Positions 1-7,818 of a stretch of DNA of 11,936 bases are shown here, piece after piece (within the stretch, counting starts at the first letter, position 1; each line of letters starts with the position of its first letter). The stretch spans positions 1 to 11,936 of the forward strand of contig JADGIF010000276.1 in the NCBI GenBank assembly GCA_018985225.1. The letters run 5' to 3'. The translations under genes were made by a program, and so were the position numbers. The stretch comes from Amoeboradix gromovi X-113. Its lineage: Eukaryota; Fungi; Sanchytriomycota. The notes beneath the pieces were generated by a model. The model was given only the letters and a program-made list of their open reading frames with translations. It was not told the DNA's origin and made no database searches.

Positions 1-239
1 AATAGATAAGAGTAATGATGCTAGTGTAGCATTACAAAATGACTCTAGAAAAGAGTACCGTCTAAGATAATGCACCTTTTGCTTAGATGCTCAAAGACCT
101 CATATATTTGAACGAGATGCAGGGTCTTCTAGTTTTATTTGGAAGAGGGGATTGAAAGTAATGAAAGAAAATTGGTATAATAGAAGATCTTTTATTAACG
201 ATAGCATTTCCTGCGTATGGTGCACCTTCTTTAAAAACG

Positions 240-857
240 GGTTAGTCTAGTTTTTATATCTGGTGTCCCATCTGTAAGCACCAGAATAACACTGCATAAT
301 TTCTATTTGACCGTCTTAAGTCCAGGAACTTCTAGCTGTTAAGGATCCAAAGTGTAGTGACTAAGGGCATCTTCAGTAAATCAATCATCTCAATTCATCA
401 TTCACAGACTTTCTTACCTTACTTTTCCTTTGCGGTCTTGGTTGAACCAGAACATTGATAACATGTAATGCTCTTGAAATCAATAAAGATGCGATCCAAA
501 GAACTTCTAAATCTTTAAGCTTTCTACTTGGAAAGATAACAAACTGATTCATTTCCTCTGAGGATTCATTGATTATATTAAAAACATGATCAAGTATATA
601 GCAATCTCTTAACTGAAAACCTGTTTTGATCGCGCCAAATGAGAGTCAGGACCAAACTTTGTGTGTCCACGTACCATGAATTTAAGTTTAATATCATCTG
701 AATGTAATTGAAGAACTAACAAACATAACATCCTGACTATATAATAGTTTTTACTCTGACCTGCACAGTTGTCACAGTGAAAATAATCTGTTTTTGGTTC
801 TTGAGTCTTAATTTGTATTGCTACTCCGGCAGACATTCTTTTGTGTTTTAAAGTCAA
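240..857 (-). pseudogene. Degenerate DDE-type DNA transposase remnant (Sola-like / DUF7869-like)
   Basis: ORF 609-857 carries HCDNCAGQSKN ... FMVRGHTKFGPD, matching the DNCxGQNKN / GHTxxxxD motifs of this transposase group. After frameshifts and stops, similarity continues downstream (DCYILDHVFNIINESS; FKSITCYQ..FWFNQDRKGKV; LEVPGLK). No termini identified. Confidence 0.7.
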
Positions 858-1129
858 GATATCTTTGCATTTTAAACTCAGCTCAGGGACTCATTTCCGT
901 TGATTTTTTACATAATATAGTGTATCATCTTTGTACACTGCAAGATAAATAGCTGTGAATTGAGAAAGAGATTGTGCAAGTGAGTCATCTTCTAATTGAT
1001 AAAAATTAGAGTTCTGCTTGCTGCAAAGCTATCAAATCAGTAAAGAATTGCCAAATTCTGACCATATCTGTTGTGCATAATTGTTTCTTTTAGTATTAGA
1101 ACATAAATCATTTTCCAGTCCTCCAAACG

Positions 1130-2305
1130 ATGGAGAATATGAAAACCTTTCCGCTACTAAAGGGAGAAAAGCAAAGTAAAGAATTCAACATAGCCAAAGT
1201 AAATAGCATCAAGAGGGTTACTTTAAACACCACCAACGCACAATTTGAGAGAAGGCGTGAAAAAGCACCTATAGAACTACAAGAGGAAGACAAGGATGAT
1301 GATTTTGAGAAGAACAAGGAATCAAAGAAGATGGCTAGAAAGACAAGATCTGTCCAAAACGTAGAAGTAGACGATCTAGCACTAAGAGCTAAAGAATGTC
1401 GTAAGTGGCTTTTAACTGTTGAAGATGATTCCCAGCAATTTGAGTTCGAAGGACAGCTGTTAAACCACGATATGACGCACTGCTTATTTATAGTAGAAAA
1501 GAATGGTTTTAGAGTAATACCCGCCGACTCTCTCTATCAGTTTAATCCCAAAAGGCCGTCAACAATTACTTTAGAGGAGGCTGAAAAGTTAATACAGCAA
1601 AGACAGCAAGAGCTTAAGAAGCTTAATAAATTTGACGAAATTGAACGCAAAGATTTCAAAATAGTCGATTCAGGTACACAGAACATAAAGATAGCCGGTT
1701 CCGATGATGAATTAGATTACGATATCGATCAGGAATTCGCAGACGATGAGGAAGGAATTGCACCTATCGAGAGTGAGGTTCAACTAGAAAAGCAAAAGAA
1801 AGATTTGCAAAAGCTGCGACAGAGCGAGGAAGAGAACAGTGATGATGATAAGCCCTCGTTGAATCAATCTGGTAAAGAATTGAAAAAATTGCTGAAAGAC
1901 AAGAACGTACAAGTTGCTGGTGATGAATCGGATGAAAATCCGTTTAACTCGGATATTTCAGAGGATTTGCCAGATGAAGAGTCAATCAAGGAATCTCCAA
2001 ACAATAAGGATCATAACTTGGGCAAAAAGAGGTTGGGCGATCCTGACTTAAGTCTGATGGTAAAAAGACACAAATCAGAATCTCAGTATTCAGTGTCAGT
2101 TCAAGCTCCTCGAGTGGTTGTGGATAATAAGTTAACAGAACAAGAGGTTATCGATCTTATTGCTGCACAACCGGGATTGACAACAAAAGACTTGCTGAAG
2201 CCATTGAAATCAAAGATCAAGGCAAATGTTGAAAACCGAGAATTAATCAGAGATATTTTAAAGAAAGTTGCGAATGTTAAGCAAGGAAAAATTTACCTGA
2301 AATGA
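1130..2305 (+). CDS. TFG1: Transcription initiation factor TFIIF alpha subunit (Tfg1/RAP74)
   Basis: 391-aa ORF with KWLLTVEDD..QFEFEG..HCLF....GFRVIPADSLYQFNPK..TITLEEAE, an acidic ELDYD..FADDEEG segment, and a C-terminal winged-helix-like LTEQEVIDLI...LTTKDLLK. Confidence 0.9.
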   Translation: MENMKTFPLLKGEKQSKEFNIAKVNSIKRVTLNTTNAQFERRREKAPIELQEEDKDDDFEKNKESKKMARKTRSVQNVEVDDLALRAKECRKWLLTVEDDSQQFEFEGQLLNHDMTHCLFIVEKNGFRVIPADSLYQFNPKRPSTITLEEAEKLIQQRQQELKKLNKFDEIERKDFKIVDSGTQNIKIAGSDDELDYDIDQEFADDEEGIAPIESEVQLEKQKKDLQKLRQSEEENSDDDKPSLNQSGKELKKLLKDKNVQVAGDESDENPFNSDISEDLPDEESIKESPNNKDHNLGKKRLGDPDLSLMVKRHKSESQYSVSVQAPRVVVDNKLTEQEVIDLIAAQPGLTTKDLLKPLKSKIKANVENRELIRDILKKVANVKQGKIYLK

Positions 2306-2660
2306 GTGCAAACAGTAAACACATTTGAGTTGACATGTCATCTTCAACTCTCAAAATGAGAACGTAAACTTAATCTACAGCAATTTTGGTATTCTGCTCT
2401 AACAAAAATCATTTTTACTATGTGAAATAGAAAGCAGATTCAACAAGAGTCGGTTTGATTGTGCTTATGTACTACAAAGCCATTACTTTTTCACTTGCCC
2501 ATGAGTCTCAACAGAACTTGAGAGTCTTAAAACTAGTGTTGATAGTCGACTAATCTACCATATTTGGCTAAATTAGAATAGATATATTATTGAAAATTCC
2601 TGCTCTGATAAGAATACTGCTGCAGCCTCTTGGTTTGTAGGAGTTGCAAATATTCAATTG

Positions 2661-3137
2661 AGCAGCTCGATTGTTTTCTTGAATAAATCAACTATCGAGA
2701 ATTTTTATTTATTTTTATATAATTGCATCGCATTACTAGATTTTTCCAATACTTTATATACTCGATATTCTTCCTTTTCGCAAATAGTAAATTGAATCAA
2801 TGGATGTAATCCTGAGCATGTCAAATCTAGAGAACTTACAAGTACGGCATTCATTTATCAACTTTGAGGAACTGGTCCAAACATGGAACTATTAGATGTC
2901 TTTCAACTCCTAGAAAGAGATCAACGGTAAGTAAACTTGTAAACCATTTATTTAATAATTCATCTGTAATTGGTCTTACCGAATATGCGACAATAGAGAG
3001 TATATGGCAACAAGGAATATACACAAATATATGTATCCTTATTCAATCCCGCCTCAGGATAGTGAAAGCGTGAGCAATCACTGTAATGGATTTACAAGCA
3101 CTGCTAGTTTCTCCGGAAATCAGGACTTTTAACGAGG
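2661..3137 (+). mobile_element. Non-autonomous, internally deleted IS607/Fanzor2-like element, copy A
   Basis: 2661-~2853 is homologous to the reverse complement of ~3617-3803 (27-nt exact match 2758-2784 vs 3690-3716). ~2993-3138 is homologous to the reverse complement of 3194-~3358. It contains a TnpA HTH fragment joined to the extreme 3' end of the Fanzor gene. Boundaries are approximate. Confidence 0.8.
2814..2990 (+). pseudogene. tnpA: IS607-family TnpA serine recombinase, N-terminal MerR-like HTH fragment
   Basis: EHVKSRELT / (frameshift ~2839) KYGIHLSTLRNWSKHGTIRCLSTPRKR fits the IS607 TnpA N-terminal pattern (GI..xTLRxW...G.I...TP.GKR). The catalytic domain is lost. Confidence 0.7.
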
Positions 3138-3157
3138 AAAATTAAGAAGAGAATTAA
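3040..3157 (+). ncRNA. Candidate Fanzor omegaRNA (scaffold plus putative flanking guide), copy A
   Basis: Non-coding sequence 3' of the Fanzor C-terminus, conserved with copy B. It contains a GTGA-GCAA-TCAC GNRA hairpin and a conserved ...GGAAATCAGGACTTTTAAYGAGG end. RNA limits are inferred. Confidence 0.6.
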
Positions 3158-3174
3158 AAAATAAATGTTCAAAT

Positions 3175-3310
3175 TTGTTTATTTTGGTGAATCTCCTCAT
3201 TAAAAGTCCTGATTTCCGAGAAAATCGAGAATTTCCAGAGAAACTAATGCTAGATGTTCCGTTACGGTGATTGCTCACGCTTTCACTACCCTAAGACAGG
3301 ATTGAATAAG
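3175..3310 (-). ncRNA. Candidate Fanzor omegaRNA (scaffold plus putative flanking guide), copy B
   Basis: Overlaps and follows the Fanzor stop (3291). Exact matches to copy A: 22 nt (3267-3288 vs 3060-3081) and 19 nt (3200-3218 vs 3114-3132). RNA limits are inferred. Confidence 0.6.
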
Positions 3311-3619
3311 GATGCAGATACTTGATATAAATGTTCCTTGCAGCCATATGGTCTCTATCTATCTCCAAATGACAATTTGTACAAGTGTATGTTTCTAAAC
3401 TGGTTTTCTTTAGAGTACCACACCTTGTACATGTTTGACTAGTAAATGACTCATTACATTCGATTATCGTCTTTCCTCTTTGGTTACATTTGAACTTCAA
3501 GCGTTCCTTGAATGCGTAATGGGACATTGTAGCCATGTTTCTTGCGACTTGCTGGACAAGCTACTTATCATTTGGCTAGTATTGAACGAGGGTAAGTATA
3601 TCAGATCATATGTCTTTGT
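3291..3619 (-). pseudogene. tnpB: Fanzor2 / IS607-type TnpB RNA-guided nuclease, C-terminal fragment
   Basis: TKTYDLIYLPSFNTSQMISSLSS / (frameshift ~3550) VARNMATMSHYAFKERL...NESFTSQTCTRCG...YTCTNC.LEIDRDHMAARNI. This includes the zinc ribbon (CxxC..CxxC), RuvC-III DRD..AARNI and the rearranged RuvC-II (LPxF, with the alternative Glu in NESFTS). Confidence 0.9.
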
Positions 3620-3660
3620 ATGCTGTACCTATTAGTGATTTCTTTAGATTTGACATATTC
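3619..3660 (-). pseudogene. tnpA: IS607 TnpA N-terminal stub
   Basis: EYVKSKEITNRYSI aligns with EHVKSRELT-KYGI of copy A and is fused directly to the Fanzor fragment. Confidence 0.6.
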
Positions 3661-3793
3661 AAAATAACATCTATTTATTCCATTTACCGTTTGCGAAAAG
3701 GAAGAATATCGAGTATTTAAGGTATTGGAAAAGTCTTGAAATGATACAAAAATATATACAAATTCGCGATAAATGATTTATTCAAGAAAATAG

Positions 3794-4708
3794 TCAAGCT
3801 GTTACTTCTGAGAATTTGCTGATGCTATCAATTGTACCTTCTATTTCTGCAATGTCTATCTTTAGTATTATATTTAAATTTCTAGCAAACCTGTCTCTGT
3901 TACCGCTGTTTACATACTTGTCTATAAAGATTTTGTTTAGTGATTTAGAGAGTAGCCCAATCGCGTTAATGATTTTTTGTTTAACGAATTCCGTAATTCT
4001 CTCCTGTAACAACAAAAGATAAAACCAGTCATTCAGATTAATTTTCATTTCAAGCGATTTTTTGCACCGCGCTAAATATATTAATTGCATTTTACAGAGT
4101 TCATTTAAAAGGAATATGTTGCAATCTGGTATAAAGCCATTCTCGATATCTATAGATCTCTGGGGATAAGAGACCTCAAGATAATCTTCAATGTACCACA
4201 TGAAGAAACGTCCTGGTTCTTTATGAGAAATGTAAATGTCCCAGTAATTTGATATATGATTAACATCTTCAAATTGGGTGCTCAGATGTAAATACGGGTA
4301 TATCGACCTTACAAAATTCATATTGTAAAGTGGCAAAAAGTTATAAAAGAAGTTTATAACATTTACTCTACCTGCGTCCACATTAGCTAGAATACTGCTA
4401 ACAATTTTACCATCATTATACTCAGAAGTTAATGATTGACAGCTCTCTGTCCATTCCGGCTTGTTAACACAGTTATGGATGAACTTGATAAATTTAGTTT
4501 TTTTCCCGTAGTTCGATGAAAAATTTGTGTCTTCGATTACTTTCTTGACAGCATTGTATTCATCGTCATCAATTATTGGCGAAGCTGAATATCCAAGGTT
4601 GTCAATTGGGGTTTCTATTTTTCCAATTGAGAGTGGTATGTTTAAAGTCTGGGCCACATTTGCCCAAAAGCCACTCATTAAAGAGTAAGTTAATGAGATG
4701 AAAATCAT
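3794..4708 (-). CDS. Hypothetical protein, possibly secreted
   Basis: Uninterrupted 304-codon ORF in AT-rich DNA with a mildly hydrophobic N-terminus. No recognised domain. Confidence 0.6.
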   Translation of the reverse strand: MIFISLTYSLMSGFWANVAQTLNIPLSIGKIETPIDNLGYSASPIIDDDEYNAVKKVIEDTNFSSNYGKKTKFIKFIHNCVNKPEWTESCQSLTSEYNDGKIVSSILANVDAGRVNVINFFYNFLPLYNMNFVRSIYPYLHLSTQFEDVNHISNYWDIYISHKEPGRFFMWYIEDYLEVSYPQRSIDIENGFIPDCNIFLLNELCKMQLIYLARCKKSLEMKINLNDWFYLLLLQERITEFVKQKIINAIGLLSKSLNKIFIDKYVNSGNRDRFARNLNIILKIDIAEIEGTIDSISKFSEVTA

Positions 4709-5292
4709 GGGCTGTTACAAGTTCTGAAAAAGAAATAGCTAAAGGAGACATGCTCTATGAAAGTAGACTGCGTTACCAAGGAATGACCAAGTAAACAAAA
4801 GATACAGCTCAAGAGATTTCGACAATGCTAAGGAGTATTAAAATCTAAAATGTGCAAATCTTATCTGACCGTTACATCAGTTCGTAATATAAGATATACT
4901 TTCTGCAGCTTTTCGAGAAAGTTTCGGTAGAGAATAAGAAATGCGATGATGAGAAAGAAAGCGAAGTACGAAAAATTGAAAGCAAGTATAAAAATTGGGT
5001 TGCTAAGGTGATAACAGTTATCGGTACAGCAGAAAGAGCCATTGCAGAATCCTAAGCAAGAGACTAGAGCATGCTTCGAGTAGAGGACTTTGATATTGCT
5101 TATTTCTGAGTACAGAAAAGTCCAAAGTGTTCTTTAGCTGATATCGCAATGGTAGAAGGTATTTTAACATCGAGCAATCTGTTAGAGATCTCAGGCAACC
5201 TCAGCACAGCCACTGTAATCTAGTTGTATTTGGGGATGCAAACACATGGCACAATAAATACAAGGTCTCAAAAACTTATCGAGCAACGTTGA
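4702..5292 (+). pseudogene. Possible decayed ORF of unknown type
   Basis: One frame reads as protein-like text (e.g. FLQLFEKVSVENKKCDDEKESEVRKIESKYKNWVAKVITVIGTAERAIAES) punctuated by isolated stops. No family recognised. Confidence 0.3.
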
Positions 5293-5471
5293 AAGATTTG
5301 CATTGCATAGAAGATTATTTGAAAACAAATACTTGTCACTTTAAGTACATGGAATAAAATACCGAACACTTTTACCTCAGTAGTGTACCATCTGAGACAC
5401 TAATTTGAAATATTTCCAATTTTTGCGAAGGGTCCCAAAACGGGAGTTCAATTCAAGCAGCTAAGGTTTTA

Positions 5472-6810
5472 CTAAAGAATATCTTCACTCGGTATAGGCT
5501 TTAGTTTCGGCTTAGAGGATTCATCTGAAAACGTATGACTTGTTGTAGCATTCCCATCTGGCCTAGGTCTCTGCACAACTCTCTCATTCCATTTCAAACA
5601 CCGTTGCAAACTGTGAAACCAGTCTCCGGTTGTGTTCTCACTGCTAATCGTGGGCAATGAGAACGGAGAACATTTTATACTTACATAATCACCCTGTTGT
5701 AGTTCTATTCTGTGCTTGCCATCAAAAGAAGCCCATGCTGTATTTCTTGCAGTCAGTGGTACTTTAATTTTCAATTCCATGCACTCTGGCAATATCATTG
5801 GTCTGAAACTAAATTAGCTAGATGTACCTCAAAGTATGAGCGCAAATCGGAGTAACTAGGATAGCATTTACATCCGGATGACACAAACTACCGCCTGCAC
5901 TTAGTGAGTAGGCAGTAGATCCAGTAGGTGTAGAGACGACAAGTCCATCAGCTTGACAAATGGTTAATAGCACACCATCACCCCAGACCTCTAAGGTGGT
6001 CAAAAAAGGACAAGGGCCACGATCAATAACTACTTCATTAAGAACATGTAGGGTATCATCGTAGTTCTCGTTTCCTTGCAAGCTGCTAGCCAATATTCTC
6101 AAGGATTGAAGCGGACTCGGTGGTGACAATTCAGAATATGAAGATTTAACAGTTGGCGATATAGAAAGAGATGTTAAAGAATGTGAAATTGATTCAGATT
6201 GGCTTCTACGTTTAGAACTTTGAGATTTATTTCGAGTTACACTGGGAGCCCTACTTTGTCGTGGAACTACAGTTTTGTGGACTTGACACTGCAAACGCAT
6301 CCTCATGGACACCTTCACACCTGTGCCACTCCATATTTTGTTCATTATTTCATTATGTTCATTAAAGTTAAAAACTGTTAAAAATCCCAAAGATCCTAAA
6401 TGAAACGCAATTATTGGAGGAACCACACGCTGGTACATCCAGCTAGCATATAATACAGTGCCATCTCCACCAAGTGTTATGATTAGATCACAATTGGGCG
6501 TGACCGAGTAATAATTTATTCGGCATATTGCATTCTCTACATGTGCGGCTAGCATCTCTTTATGTTTGCGCTCTACATATACTGTGCATTTCTTTAATAA
6601 AAACCAATTCATTAGCATTTTTAAATCTTCGTCAAGCCCTTCTTTGTTAATAATCAAAAAGGTTTCAATGCTAGAAGTAACGGTTTGCTTTGTTATTTCA
6701 CGAAGAGCTTTATGCACATTTGTAAGACTATAAAGATCGCTAGTAGTAGGTAGCATAGATTCCTGCTTGGATGTATATGAAATTGAGTCTTCATCGAAAT
6801 CAAAACTCAT
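5472..6810 (-). CDS. NAD(H) kinase (Utr1/Yef1-like); two exons, 6810-5828 and 5808-5472, 439 aa
   Basis: Motifs TLGGDGTVL, LGSLGFLT, VLNEVVIDRG and DGLVVSTPTGSTAYSLSAGG. Splicing 5809-5827 restores the conserved PICAHTLSFRPMILP and joins the two ORFs. Confidence 0.95.
5809..5827 (-). other. 19-nt spliceosomal intron
   Basis: GTACATCTAGCTAATTTAG has a GT donor, a CTAAT branch-like motif and a TAG acceptor. Exact removal gives TTG AG|T TTC AGA CCA ATG (L S F R P M). Confidence 0.88.
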
Positions 6811-6866
6811 TTATGATAATCCTGTTTCACGTTGATGATGATACCAATGACATACACATAACAAAT

Positions 6867-7091
6867 TTATTTATCTTTCATAGTAACAAGCTGAATACCG
6901 TGAACCTTTTTAATTTCTTCATTTATGATTGATTTTACCAGTTGATGCTGTTTTAGTGTTGTTATTTCGTTAAATTTCGAGGACTGTATTTCGATGCTAA
7001 AAAAAGACCCACAACCACCGCTAGTGTCTTTTATATTAAGTATCGAAGGATTAAGTTTTTGCTTCAATTTCTGCTGGATTAATCTTTGCAT
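6867..7091 (-). CDS. BOL3: BolA-family protein (Bol3/BOLA3-like)
   Basis: DTSGGCGSFFSIEIQSSKF...LKQHQLV..IINEEIKKVHGIQLVT. Confidence 0.88.
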   Translation of the reverse strand: MQRLIQQKLKQKLNPSILNIKDTSGGCGSFFSIEIQSSKFNEITTLKQHQLVKSIINEEIKKVHGIQLVTMKDK

Positions 7092-7186
7092 TTTTATTTT
7101 GGCAAAACGTGGGGAAATTGATTGGCTGGGATCCGAAGATTCACGTGTTTGAATTGTGACTTGAAATTATTTTGCACTGCTAATCA
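7092..7186. promoter_or_regulatory. 95-bp divergent promoter region between BolA and RPL18
   Basis: Lies between head-to-head start codons. Contains ATTGG (CCAAT on the minus strand, 7121-7125), CACGTG (7142-7147) and Homol-D-like TGTGACTT (7155-7162). Confidence 0.55.
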
Positions 7187-7771
7187 ATGGCTGTAGATTT
7201 ACCATTTAAGCAACATCAAAAGAAAGCTGGAAGATCAGCACCTGTTAGTAAAAATCCATATTTGAAATTACTTCATCAATTGTATAGTTACCTAGGTAGA
7301 AAGACAGATTCCAAGTTTAACAAAACTATTGAAAAGAGATTATGCATGTCTGGTACTTCAAGACCACCAGTATCTCTATCGTTTGTAAAGAAGCAAGTCT
7401 CTAAAGTCAATGAAGCAGATTTAAAGAATAAAATTGTTGTTGTAGTTGGCACCATTACTAATGACGAACGCCTTTTAGACTCAGAAGTACCAAAAGTGAA
7501 AATCTGTGCCATGAAAATTACAAAAACAGCAAAATCACGAATCATTGCCGCTGGAGGAGAAATTTTAACTTTTGATCAATTGGCATTAAGAGCACCATTA
7601 GGTAAACAAACCATTTTATTAAGAGGTGTCCGTACTTCCAGAGAGGTTTACCGTCACTTTGGTCGTGCTCCAGGAACTAAGAGATCATCAGCTAAACCTT
7701 ATGTTAGATCCAAGGGTAGAAAATTTGAAAAGGCTCGTGGTCGACGTGCATCTCGTGGATATAAGAACTAA
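7187..7771 (+). CDS. RPL18: 60S ribosomal protein L18 (eL18)
   Basis: [52 protein letters not shown], and [23 protein letters not shown]. Confidence 0.98.
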   Translation: MAVDLPFKQHQKKAGRSAPVSKNPYLKLLHQLYSYLGRKTDSKFNKTIEKRLCMSGTSRPPVSLSFVKKQVSKVNEADLKNKIVVVVGTITNDERLLDSEVPKVKICAMKITKTAKSRIIAAGGEILTFDQLALRAPLGKQTILLRGVRTSREVYRHFGRAPGTKRSSAKPYVRSKGRKFEKARGRRASRGYKN

Positions 7772-7818
7772 TAAATCAGTTACATTTCTATGACTTAATT
7801 TTTATTTTTGTTCTCCGC

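Larger units (their letters stand above)
3195..3803 (-). mobile_element. Non-autonomous, internally deleted IS607/Fanzor2-like element, copy B
   Basis: Order on the minus strand: left end (~3803-3661), 14-codon TnpA stub (3660-3619), Fanzor C-terminal portion (3619-3291), conserved right end (3290-3195). It is an inverted homologue of copy A. Confidence 0.82.

Noticed and set aside
2-250. Plus-strand frame with two CxxC motifs and one internal TAA
   Set aside because: Too short and truncated by the window edge to assign.
1674-1694. Possible 21-nt in-frame GT-AG micro-intron in TFG1
   Set aside because: The ORF is open without splicing, there is no good branch motif, and the region is unconserved. 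It needs cDNA evidence.
2754-2783. LYTRYSSFSQ as the serine-recombinase catalytic YxRxS motif
   Set aside because: It lies upstream of the HTH, the wrong order for IS607 TnpA, and copy B has N in place of Y.
2661-3803. A single MITE/foldback element with long TIRs
   Set aside because: Each arm is itself a left end-TnpA-Fanzor-right end unit with a different internal deletion, and no flanking target-site duplication is visible.
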